From positions 1 through 15,777 of the forward strand of contig JBBQYG010000089.1 of NCBI GenBank assembly GCA_038208905.1: a DNA stretch of 15,777 nucleotides. The letters run 5' to 3'. The notes under the pieces are model-generated. The model saw only the letters and a program-made list of their open reading frames with translations. It was not told the origin of the DNA and searched no databases. Shown in pieces: positions 7,388 to 15,777 of this stretch (position 1 is the stretch's first letter; the number at the start of each line of letters is the position of its first letter). The translations under genes were made by a program, and so were the position numbers. The DNA comes from Candidatus Sumerlaeia bacterium. GTDB taxonomy: Bacteria; Sumerlaeota; Sumerlaeia; SLMS01.

Positions 7388-7428
7388 GGAAGGCTCCTTG
7401 CGGAGGCGTTGTATAGACACGGAATTGG

Positions 7429-10400
7429 TCATTGCGGCGCTATCTGGACCTCGATCTGGAGCGGGCCGATCAATTGCTCCAGTTCGAAGGTCTTCTTGTT
7501 CAGCTTGAGAATCACGTAGGCGTAGGGCCTAAACGGCACATGCCCCGAGTTATCGACGAAGAAGACCGTGGTGTTCTTCTTGAAGAAGAAGGGATCGTCG
7601 ATGACGCCATTGGTCCGGCGGATCTCCTCGATCACGGGAGAGACCGCGTGCCACTGGACACTGCTCAGGTCCGACCGCCTGCGCCAGACGATGAACGGCG
7701 GCTCCAGCACATCGAGCGGCGGGAACTCCGGGTTTTCCGAGCGGATGCCGATCAGTACGCTGCCGCCACGGACACCCTGTTCCGAGGTGATGGTCAGGTT
7801 GCCCTGGGGAACCGACTCCGGCAGGGGGCGCGCCGCCCAGCGCAGAAGCCCCATGCCGCCGGGCGCAAACTTCTGGGACGCCCAGATCAGGGGGAGCTGG
7901 TTGGTGCTGGACGCCGCGGCGCCGGCCTTGGGAACCGCGGCCACACTGACCTGATACTCCGCGTTCGTATCGAAATCGCTTCCGCTTCGGTCCAAGCTGC
8001 GCGTCGTGATCGAGTACTCGTTGTTGGCCGCGTCATAGGAGAAATTCCCCACGGCTCCCGGGTCGTTCACGTCGGAGAGCGGAAACTCCAGCGGCAGCGT
8101 CGGCGTTCCGATCTGGTTGATTCCCGCCTTCTTTGCAATCTTCACGTTGTAGTGCGAGATCCCCTGGCGCGGGCCCGTCCACTTCACCGTCACCGCGCGC
8201 TGGGCGGGGATGTCGTCGCCGCTGGCGAGGACTTCCAGAACCGTGGGGCGCGGCACGTTGCCCACCACCACGACCTCGGCCGGCACCACATAGGGGATGC
8301 CGATATTGCCGTGCTTGTCGAAGGGGGCCACGCTGTACTTCACCTGGGCCAGGCCCTCGGGATGGTAGTCGTCCACCAGGTCGAGGGTCGCCTCCACGCC
8401 GCAGGGAAACTCCTTCACCAAGGTATAGGAATTCCCGCCATCGACGCTGCGATACAGGCGAAACCCAGCCGTCTCTCCGCCGCCGCAGGCAACCTTGAGG
8501 CGGATCGGCGGGGTGTTTCCGCCGGGGAACGCGATGAGCTGCAACGGCTCGTTGGCGAGGTTGCCGCCCACGCAGTTCTCCTCCACGCCGCGCGATTCGA
8601 GAGACACCTCGTAGCACACGCGCGGCCCGCCCGGCACCCACGTCTGCGGCGGCGCGACATCGATGGTGGTCAGGCTGCCGTCAAACGTGACCGCCTCGAA
8701 CTTGTAGGTCGGAATCTCCCGGCTGCTGGTGACGGATTCATCCTCCGGCAGATCGACAATCTGAGTGCCGAGGCTGCTGAGGCTGGTGGTCGAAATCAGT
8801 TCCTGCCGTGATCCGCCCGTCACGTCGGTTTCCGTGCGATAGACGCGGACCTCGGTGTAGAGCTGGCTGGCCTTGGTGAACTTGAGGAGCGGAACCCACG
8901 TATCGCGGGAGGTGCCGGGCACCTCGCGCGTGGAACCCACGAGGAACGGCAGCGCGCGCGTCCCGCAGATGTCCAGGATTCCCTCCAGCGTCGGCGGCAA
9001 CACATCGTCGATCACGCCGCGCGCGGGGGGCGAGAGCGCGCTCTCGTTCCCGTGCGCGTCCACGGCGGAAACACAGTACCAGAACACGCGGCCCGGCGTC
9101 GTGGTCCCCGGCGGCAGATCGTCGAACACGATGCGCCGCTCGTTGGGATCGGCGGGCTGGTTGAGCGCCGTGATCAGTCCCTCGGTCAAGCCGTCCACCG
9201 CGGGAAACGGACCCTTCAGTCCCTGGTTCTCGTACTTCTGATAGCGATAGAGTCGATAGGTCGCCGTATCCTCGTCCTGGCGCGTGAAGAACACGCGGAG
9301 GAAGGGGACATCGTTGGCGCCGCGTTCCCTGACGACGTTCATGCCGCGCGGGGTGTTGGGCTCGAAGGTGTCGCGCACCGTCGCCTGGAGGGCGTTGCTC
9401 GGCAGGCCCGCGGTCCCCAGCAGATCGCGCGCGACGGCCCAGTAGGTGTAAGTCGCGCCGACGGGGAGAAGATCGTCCTCGTTCTCCGTATCGAGCCACG
9501 ATCCGTCGTCGGCGAAGACATACGACTGGTCCCCGGGCTCGTCGGGGATCGGCGACGGCGGAAGAATTGGGAACTCGTTGACGAGCGTTAGGTCGGCCTT
9601 CACCGAGTCGAAGTCCTCGCCCGGCCCGAGCGCGCGGCCCAGCTTGTAGATGTCGTATCCGAAGTTCACGTCGCGCTTGTCGTACAGCTCCGGCGGCACG
9701 TCCCAGTCGAAGAAGACGCGGCGGTGGTTGCCGCGCGCGGGCGTGAAGCCATCGCGGCCCCTGAGGAAGACTTCCTTCAGCGCGGCGGGTGCCGGCAGCA
9801 CCAGCGGCTCCGTGGGATCGAGGGTGATCTTGCCCAGCGCGTTCAGCGCGTTCCCCGCGGCGTCGCCCTGCCACAGCTCGTAGACATAGGGCCCGCCGTT
9901 CACGTCCACCACGTCGAGGTAGCCGAAGCCCTCGATCACGGAGAAGCCGTAGTTGATCTGCATCAGGAAATTGCGGCGCGTGGTGGCGTAGTCGGAGGCG
10001 TCCTTCCCCTCCAGCAGGTCGATGCAAAGCTGGGCGAATTCATCCTCGCTCTGGCCCGCGTTGCCATAGACGCGCTTCAGCGTTTCCCTGGCGTGCTCCA
10101 GGATGCGTCCCTCTCCGGGGCGGAAGAAGATGCCCTTGATCACGGCGACGGAGCGCGTCTTCTTGACCGTGCCGATCTGCTCGCGGACGCCGTTGTTCCC
10201 GGTGCGGAAGATCACCGAGGAATCGAGCTGGATCAGTTCCTCCAGCGTGTACCAGCGCAGCAGCACGCGCCGCCCGCCGGTGGTGTCCCCGCCGACGATT
10301 CCCGTGTAGTAGAGCGGCATCGGATTCGGCTGCGTCTGTGCCCGCGCGGAGCCCGCGGCGACCAACACCGCGCACGCCACCAGGAAGATTCGCACAGCCA

Positions 10401-10452
10401 GCCTTGCCATCGCGGATGGTCTCATCGTTGGTCCCTGTTGGAGTATGCTCAT
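7429..10452 (-). CDS. Secreted fibronectin type III-like multi-domain protein (~1007 aa)
   Basis: Start ATG 10452 overlaps the upstream TGA (10451-10449); in-frame ATGs at 10425 and 10410 are alternatives. The track extension to 10908 overlaps the real upstream gene. Signal peptide RLAVRIFLVACAVLVAAGSARA|Q. Fn3-type signatures: FGYDIYK...GATYTYWAVARDLLG; YRLYRY...WYCVSAVDAHGNESALS; GFRLYRSVDGG...KYSVAPFDKHGNIG; VTVKWTGP...YQVSVAAV. Confidence 0.88.
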   Translation of the reverse strand: MSILQQGPTMRPSAMARLAVRIFLVACAVLVAAGSARAQTQPNPMPLYYTGIVGGDTTGGRRVLLRWYTLEELIQLDSSVIFRTGNNGVREQIGTVKKTRSVAVIKGIFFRPGEGRILEHARETLKRVYGNAGQSEDEFAQLCIDLLEGKDASDYATTRRNFLMQINYGFSVIEGFGYLDVVDVNGGPYVYELWQGDAAGNALNALGKITLDPTEPLVLPAPAALKEVFLRGRDGFTPARGNHRRVFFDWDVPPELYDKRDVNFGYDIYKLGRALGPGEDFDSVKADLTLVNEFPILPPSPIPDEPGDQSYVFADDGSWLDTENEDDLLPVGATYTYWAVARDLLGTAGLPSNALQATVRDTFEPNTPRGMNVVRERGANDVPFLRVFFTRQDEDTATYRLYRYQKYENQGLKGPFPAVDGLTEGLITALNQPADPNERRIVFDDLPPGTTTPGRVFWYCVSAVDAHGNESALSPPARGVIDDVLPPTLEGILDICGTRALPFLVGSTREVPGTSRDTWVPLLKFTKASQLYTEVRVYRTETDVTGGSRQELISTTSLSSLGTQIVDLPEDESVTSSREIPTYKFEAVTFDGSLTTIDVAPPQTWVPGGPRVCYEVSLESRGVEENCVGGNLANEPLQLIAFPGGNTPPIRLKVACGGGETAGFRLYRSVDGGNSYTLVKEFPCGVEATLDLVDDYHPEGLAQVKYSVAPFDKHGNIGIPYVVPAEVVVVGNVPRPTVLEVLASGDDIPAQRAVTVKWTGPRQGISHYNVKIAKKAGINQIGTPTLPLEFPLSDVNDPGAVGNFSYDAANNEYSITTRSLDRSGSDFDTNAEYQVSVAAVPKAGAAASSTNQLPLIWASQKFAPGGMGLLRWAARPLPESVPQGNLTITSEQGVRGGSVLIGIRSENPEFPPLDVLEPPFIVWRRRSDLSSVQWHAVSPVIEEIRRTNGVIDDPFFFKKNTTVFFVDNSGHVPFRPYAYVILKLNKKTFELEQLIGPLQIEVQIAPQ

Positions 10453-13400
10453 AGCCCGCAGTCCGCCTTTGTTTCCACTGACCAGCCGTTTCGATACAGC
10501 GCGTCGGCATAGAGAACGCAGGTGGCGCACCACTTGTCGGCCCACACGTCGTCGGTGGTGAACCATGCCTCGGGCTCGCAGAAGCCGATGCCGCCGGCCA
10601 GCCAGCCGATGCCCTTGAAGAAGAAGCCGCCCGATTCCTTGCCGCCCAGAAGCACCAGCTTTCCGCGAACGGAGATGATGCAGATGCCCTTGCCATACAC
10701 CCCGGCGGTCAGCTTGCCGCCATAGGTTGGTCCCTCGGCGAAGTACCAGAATCCGGCGCCCGCCGTGGCGCCTACCCGCAGGAAGCATCCGTAGTCCACG
10801 ATGGGAATCGAGGCTTCGCCGAAGGCGTATATACCAGTCAGCTCGTCCTTGGTGATCACGCCGTCGATCTCGGGATCGATGGTGGAGATGATCTCGATCG
10901 CATTGCACGTCCGGCCCAGAAAGATGCCGCCGCGCATCGCCACCTTGTTGAAGACCACGGAACCGCGGAACGCGATGAAGGTTTCGTTCTCGCCAACCCC
11001 CGCCGCAAACGCGGGAGAGAGGATCTTGACGGCCTCGAAGTTGATCTCGCCCGTCGTCTCGATGCGGCCCGCCACGTCGGAGAGATAGAAGATCAGCGGG
11101 TCGTCGGGCTCGGGCGGCAGCTTGGAATTCAGCCGCAGCGACAGCTCGATGATATCGGCCACCAGCTTGCCGCGCGGCACCCGGATCGGCAGGTCGAAGA
11201 CGGCGATGGTGATGCGAATCGATTCGGCCCCCGCGGGCGTTCCGCAGATGACGCCCTCGGAATCGTTCTTGAATCGTTCCATGTCCAGCGCGCCGCGGAA
11301 GCCCATGTCGTCGGGTACCGACAATTCGAACGCGGCGTCGATATGCAATCGGTCGAGCGACTGGCCGCCGAAGACCGCGTAGCCGCTCATCTCCGCCGCC
11401 TTCACGCCAACCACGTCGTTGAACTGCTGCGTCACGTTGTTGAGCGAGCCGCCGATCTCGTCCAGATACGCCTTCATCTGGTTGTTCACCGTGTCGAAGA
11501 GGCCGTTGAGGAGGTTCTGGGCCTGTTGCCGCAAGGGCTCCAGCAGCTTTGCCACAACCTGGTTGATCGCCTGGGTGAACGCCGTGTTCAGCAGCGTGTC
11601 CACGATGAAGGTGTTCACCTCGTCCACGTCGAGGTTGCGGATCTTGGCCGAGTCCGACGCCCGCGCGGAGAGGAAGGTGTTCAGTTTCGACTGAATCTGG
11701 CTGATCGCCTGGTTGAACTGGGGGCCATCGATCAAGTCCTGTATCTGGGGAAGATTCACCAGGTCGCCGGGCGCGCCGATCGTGTTGCGAAGCTGGATCA
11801 GCGCGGGGCGAAGCTTCTCGTTGATGAGGACGTTCACGATATAGTCGCGCGCCGTGTTCAGGTCCGCGAACACCGTCTCGACGCCGCTGGAATCCCCGCC
11901 CGCGATCTCCACCAGGGCGGTGAGGATCTGGCCGATCTGTTCCGTCTCCAGCGAGTCCACCGTGTCGGCGATCGTCTCCAGCGCCGTCAGCGCCTCGTCG
12001 ATCTTGGCCAGCACCGGCGCCGTTGGCGAGTTCATCGCGTCGCGGATTTCCTGCTCGATGCTGCCGATGCGGTTGTTCACCGCCGCGGTCAACTGGTTCA
12101 CGTTCACTTGGCCCTGGGGAACCGCCTGGCCGATGTTGCGCAGCTCCGTCACCAGGGGCGCCACCGCGGGCCGCGTCAGGTTCTTCAGCGGCCCGCGCAG
12201 CGCGTCGGCAAGGCTGCCCGAGAGCGACTGGTTCACGTCGTCCATCGCGTTCTTGAGGGGAGAGAGCAGCGCCTGCACCGCCGGGTCGGCGATGTCGCCC
12301 ACGATGCTCGACAGGTTGAGCACCGGCAGGCCGTTGTAGCTCAGGCCGAAGAGGATCTCCGTGTCCTCCCGCGTGATGCCGCGGACGGACGAGGAGACCT
12401 CCACCACGACGAGGTCGCGGCCCTTCTCTTCTCCGCCGACGGTGGCGAAGCGGCGCGAGATGTTGTCGTACTTCACCTGGTATTCCAGGTCGATGATGCC
12501 CGCAAAGCTACCCTGCACCACGGGCCGGCGATCCGGCGCGTTCAGGTAGGCGTCCACCGAACTCACGCCCGCGGGGAAACCGTTGCGGTCGGGGTCGATG
12601 TCGCCCGGCGGCGTCGCGGCATAGGCGCGCCCGTCGAATACCTGGGGCGTGGCGCCGATATCCCACAGCGCCACCACCGGCGTCGCGCCCCAGAAGGGGA
12701 GTTTCATGTCGCCGATGACGATCGTGCGGCCCGCCAGCGCCTGTCCCCCGCCGTAGCGCGTATAGTAGATCGAGCGCAGCGTGAAGTCGTATCCTTGCAG
12801 CGTCGCGCTCGGCTCGCCCAGCACCGAGTTCTGCAGGATGTCGCCGTTGCCGGCGAAGTTTGTCTCCAGCAGGATCACGGTGGTCAGTTCCGGCACCGTG
12901 TTGGTGCTCGTGGTCCACAGCGTGCGGACCTCCGTGCTGATGCCGCCGCAGTCCACCGTTTGGGGATCGGCGAGCGGGCGGAAGTCGAGACTGGAAAAAT
13001 TGAAGTCGCGGTTCCAATAGGCCAGCGTTTCCTTGGCCGGCTGGGCGACCCGGGCGCCGCCTGGGGCGCCGCATTGTTCAAGCTCCAGCCCCTCGAAAGC
13101 CAAGTCGATTCCCGCGGGGAAGGGGAGCGAGACCACGCCGTCGATCTGGCTGTCCGCGTGCTGCTTGTTGTCCAGCAGCGTGTAGTTGAACTTGGTCAGG
13201 ACTGTCGGGTACTCGTTGTAGAGATCGAGCGGCGGCAGCGCCGCCACCGACGCGTCGGAGGCCTCCATCGTGCCGCTGACTCCGCCAGGGCGTATATACA
13301 GCTTGTTGGCGTCCGACGCGGTGAAGGGGGCATTCTTGCACGCCAGCACCAGGCTGAAATTCGTCCCCGTCAGTTCGCTCCGCGGCAGGTTGTAGCCCGC

Positions 13401-14618
13401 ATAGTGGCCGTCGCCGATGCTGTACTCCTCCTCGCCATACACGGCAAGGGAGGCCGCGTTCACGCCGGAGTTCACGCGCCCCGCCAGCAGGTATTGCGCG
13501 GGGGTGCTCGTCCCGCCCACGATGCGGAAGCCCGGCAGATACAGCGTTCCGTCAGCCGAAAGCGGCCCGTAGGAGAACGCGTCGAACTCATAGGTCTTCG
13601 CCGACTGCCCGCTGTTGTCCACCGTCCCCAGCAGGCCGCCGTCCTGGCCGATCGCCAGCGTTGCGGGACCATAGGCAACCGACTGCTTGTCGTTCGGCGA
13701 ACCCGAGCAGGCATCCTGGCGGAACTCCGTCAACAGCCCCTGCAGCGTCATCGATCCGTTGGCCAGCATCTGATTCGCGACATAGGAAAGCTGGAACTCC
13801 GCCAACCCGGCCAGCCAGAAATAGGGGAACCCCGTCACAAACGTCTCGCTGCCGTCGCTCTCCAACTGCACGGCGAGGCCGTTCTTGTCGATAAAGGCGG
13901 TGTTGGACGGCGCCACGGCGTTGGCGAAATAGGCGTCGTTTGAGCCGCGCGCCGCACTGCTCAGCGCGATCTCGTCGGCGTGGATGTAGTCCACCGACGC
14001 CACGGTGAGGAGAAAGCCCGTCGCATCGTTGAAGGTCGCGCTGGCAATCGCGACGGTGAAGGGCTGGCCCTCGATCTTCACGCGCTTGAGGCCGTTGCCG
14101 ACCGCCGCATTCGCCTTGAGGACGAGATCCTCGTCGATGCTCCCCATCGACAACGGCATAGGATCGTCGGAATACCAAGGCGAGGTATCAACTTCCTTAT
14201 AGACCAGCGGCGCGGCCAACTGCACGGCGTAAGTACCCGTGGCGCCCCCGGGCCCCAGCGCCGTGTTGGAGGAGAAGTATGGCCAATTCCCCGTGGGGGC
14301 CTCATACGGCTGGGGGAGCACAAAGGGGACGCTTCCGCCCAGAACCACCAGAACCGCCGGATTGCCGCCGTCGGGCGCCGCATCCAGCAGGCCCGTGTTC
14401 AGCGCGGGAAAAGGCCCCCAGCTGATCGTGCCCGAAAATTGGGCCGCGTTCAGCACCGCGATATTCGTGATGTCCGTCGTGATGTCGCCAAAGCGGAGCT
14501 GTGTCGGCTGGGCCGCCACAACGCCCGAGACCAAGAGAATCGCCGAGACGGCCAACCAGCGGGCCACGCGGAATGCGCAAAAGGACATGGGGGGAGTCCG
14601 TCCGTGGCCCCCGGACAC
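10449..14618 (-). CDS. Very large secreted hypothetical protein (~1389 aa): beta-rich N-terminal half, amphipathic helical middle, Gly/aromatic/Cys-rich C-terminal region
   Basis: Uninterrupted 4.17-kb frame with protein-like composition. GTG 14618 has GGAG upstream (alternative ATG 14588). Signal peptide RVARWLAVSAILLVSGVVAA|Q. The stop overlaps the next gene's ATG. Confidence 0.9.
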   Translation of the reverse strand: MSGGHGRTPPMSFCAFRVARWLAVSAILLVSGVVAAQPTQLRFGDITTDITNIAVLNAAQFSGTISWGPFPALNTGLLDAAPDGGNPAVLVVLGGSVPFVLPQPYEAPTGNWPYFSSNTALGPGGATGTYAVQLAAPLVYKEVDTSPWYSDDPMPLSMGSIDEDLVLKANAAVGNGLKRVKIEGQPFTVAIASATFNDATGFLLTVASVDYIHADEIALSSAARGSNDAYFANAVAPSNTAFIDKNGLAVQLESDGSETFVTGFPYFWLAGLAEFQLSYVANQMLANGSMTLQGLLTEFRQDACSGSPNDKQSVAYGPATLAIGQDGGLLGTVDNSGQSAKTYEFDAFSYGPLSADGTLYLPGFRIVGGTSTPAQYLLAGRVNSGVNAASLAVYGEEEYSIGDGHYAGYNLPRSELTGTNFSLVLACKNAPFTASDANKLYIRPGGVSGTMEASDASVAALPPLDLYNEYPTVLTKFNYTLLDNKQHADSQIDGVVSLPFPAGIDLAFEGLELEQCGAPGGARVAQPAKETLAYWNRDFNFSSLDFRPLADPQTVDCGGISTEVRTLWTTSTNTVPELTTVILLETNFAGNGDILQNSVLGEPSATLQGYDFTLRSIYYTRYGGGQALAGRTIVIGDMKLPFWGATPVVALWDIGATPQVFDGRAYAATPPGDIDPDRNGFPAGVSSVDAYLNAPDRRPVVQGSFAGIIDLEYQVKYDNISRRFATVGGEEKGRDLVVVEVSSSVRGITREDTEILFGLSYNGLPVLNLSSIVGDIADPAVQALLSPLKNAMDDVNQSLSGSLADALRGPLKNLTRPAVAPLVTELRNIGQAVPQGQVNVNQLTAAVNNRIGSIEQEIRDAMNSPTAPVLAKIDEALTALETIADTVDSLETEQIGQILTALVEIAGGDSSGVETVFADLNTARDYIVNVLINEKLRPALIQLRNTIGAPGDLVNLPQIQDLIDGPQFNQAISQIQSKLNTFLSARASDSAKIRNLDVDEVNTFIVDTLLNTAFTQAINQVVAKLLEPLRQQAQNLLNGLFDTVNNQMKAYLDEIGGSLNNVTQQFNDVVGVKAAEMSGYAVFGGQSLDRLHIDAAFELSVPDDMGFRGALDMERFKNDSEGVICGTPAGAESIRITIAVFDLPIRVPRGKLVADIIELSLRLNSKLPPEPDDPLIFYLSDVAGRIETTGEINFEAVKILSPAFAAGVGENETFIAFRGSVVFNKVAMRGGIFLGRTCNAIEIISTIDPEIDGVITKDELTGIYAFGEASIPIVDYGCFLRVGATAGAGFWYFAEGPTYGGKLTAGVYGKGICIISVRGKLVLLGGKESGGFFFKGIGWLAGGIGFCEPEAWFTTDDVWADKWCATCVLYADALYRNGWSVETKADCGL

Positions 14619-14665
14619 ACCTGCTCCGGGGAGGATGAAGATCGATTGCGACTACTAATGGCGAA

Positions 14666-14695
14666 AGCATGGCTACGCCATTCGGCGTGCGTCAA
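14666..14695 (-). promoter_or_regulatory. Candidate sigma70-type promoter for the three-gene secreted operon
   Basis: The minus strand has TTGACG (14695-14690), an 18-nt spacer, then CATGCT (14671-14666), about 47 nt upstream of GTG 14618. The -35 box is good and the -10 box is weak. Confidence 0.35.
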
Positions 14696-14820
14696 CCCGT
14701 CGCTTCGAGAAGAATAAGATTCGGAGAATAAAGGCAAGGTTCTCCGGCCAAATCGCGCGCGGCCTCGGGAAATCCCGCAGAATCGGAGGGCGGGGAACAG
14801 CGAGTGCCGCCATCGCCAAT

Positions 14821-15777
14821 CTATACAACTTTGTGCGGCTCGCCGTCCGTCGCCCTGCGCGAGTGCATGCGCTGCAGCAGCACCGGCGGCAGGAGAAAGA
14901 GGGAGAGGAACACCGCGACGATGACAAACGAGTCCAGTGACTGCGCTTGGGACGGGGCGCGGAAGTGCCAGGTGGAATCGTTCCCCGCGGCCACGAGCAG
15001 AACCGTCAGGCCCATCGTCAGCAACACGAGCGGGCGAATCGCGCGCGGACCCGGCGGCGACCCGAGGAGTGCCAGCAGCGGCAGTTGAAGAATCACAAAG
15101 AAGGTTGCACACACGCCGATCACGTTGCTCCCGCCGAGGAGGATCTGGTTCATGCCCCTTCCCATCCTCATCCCCTCGAAGGCTCCATAGGCCCCCCCCA
15201 CCAACAGCCCCGGCAAAAAAAGGATCACGCCGTGCCACGCCGCGCTCAGCAGGTATGAACCCGTCAGGATTGTCGGCGGGGCCTCTCCCTCGCGACGCCG
15301 CAGCGCGATGATCGCGACCAGCACCAGGAAGCAGAGCAGGGCCTTGGGCCCTAAGAGCGTCGCGAGGTACTTGTGGATTCCCCTGCCAACCGCCATCCGC
15401 GCCGCAAGGCCCGCCATCATCGCCACGCACGTCAGCAACGCCGCTGGGACCATCGCGCGAAACGTCGCCGGGGCCCGCTTAGCCACGCGCCAGAAGTACG
15501 GCCACAACGCCGCCGCGCGCTCCTCGGGCTCCGTCCAGCCGCTCGCCTCCATCGAGGCCCAGCTCACCCGCCTCAGCGTCTCGCCCTCGACCTGCGCAAA
15601 GAACCGCAAACCCGCGAAGCGCCCAAATCGATAGCACCAATAGACCGCCAACGGAAATAGAATCGCTGCGTCGGCGAAGTCCGAAAATACCAATCGCGCG
15701 ACCGACACCCGCGATCTCCACTCGTTATTCGCGAATTCATAGAGCACGCCGCCGATCACCTGCCTCGGGACAACCTC
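14821..15777 (-). CDS. Multi-pass membrane hypothetical protein (frame open to the window edge; possibly 5'-partial)
   Basis: Several hydrophobic segments, e.g. AAILFPLAVYWCY, ALLTCVAMMAGLAA, ALLCFLVLVAIIAL, GVILFLPGLLVGG, VCATFFVILQLPLLALL, LVLLTMGLTVLLVAA and FVIVAVFLSLFLLPPVLL. No stop lies between GTG 15759 and position 15777. Confidence 0.75.
   Translation of the reverse strand, partial: EVVPRQVIGGVLYEFANNEWRSRVSVARLVFSDFADAAILFPLAVYWCYRFGRFAGLRFFAQVEGETLRRVSWASMEASGWTEPEERAAALWPYFWRVAKRAPATFRAMVPAALLTCVAMMAGLAARMAVGRGIHKYLATLLGPKALLCFLVLVAIIALRRREGEAPPTILTGSYLLSAAWHGVILFLPGLLVGGAYGAFEGMRMGRGMNQILLGGSNVIGVCATFFVILQLPLLALLGSPPGPRAIRPLVLLTMGLTVLLVAAGNDSTWHFRAPSQAQSLDSFVIVAVFLSLFLLPPVLLQRMHSRRATDGEPHKVV

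Noticed and set aside
10453-10908. 152-aa N-terminal extension of the Fn3 gene in the ORF track
   Set aside because: It overlaps the coding end of the 1389-aa gene and is Arg/His-rich nonsense. The signal peptide and ATGA overlap place the start at or after 10452.
11343-13943. 866-aa plus-strand ORF (similarly 7432..8811 + and 3197..4354 +)
   Set aside because: Antisense shadows of real minus-strand genes, with V/R/H/D-biased composition and no domains.

Overview
High-GC bacterial DNA. The dominant feature is a minus-strand operon of three large, signal-peptide-bearing proteins of unknown function (14618->4682), joined by ATGA stop/start overlaps. They are (i) a ~1389-aa Cys-rich beta/helical/beta protein, (ii) a ~1007-aa multi-Fn3-like protein, and (iii) a ~900-aa protein with an Ig-like module, Ca-binding DxDxDG repeats, a dockerin-like duplicated motif, a cohesin-like domain and a C-terminal W-M-L-H tail. 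Downstream on the same strand are an unannotated 47-aa membrane peptide with a His-rich tail, a GT4 glycosyltransferase and a HEAT-repeat protein. A class V PLP enzyme lies on the + strand. It is flanked by a DUF1016/YhcG-like pseudogene (in-frame TAG, internal palindrome) and a ~790-bp repeat-rich gap with a GTAG...CTAC hairpin, a MITE/REPIN-like inverted-repeat element and a startless PD-(D/E)xK nuclease-like remnant. A membrane protein gene runs off the right edge. No rRNA, tRNA, CRISPR array or intact transposase was recognised. All family calls come from reading motifs by eye; no database searches were run.
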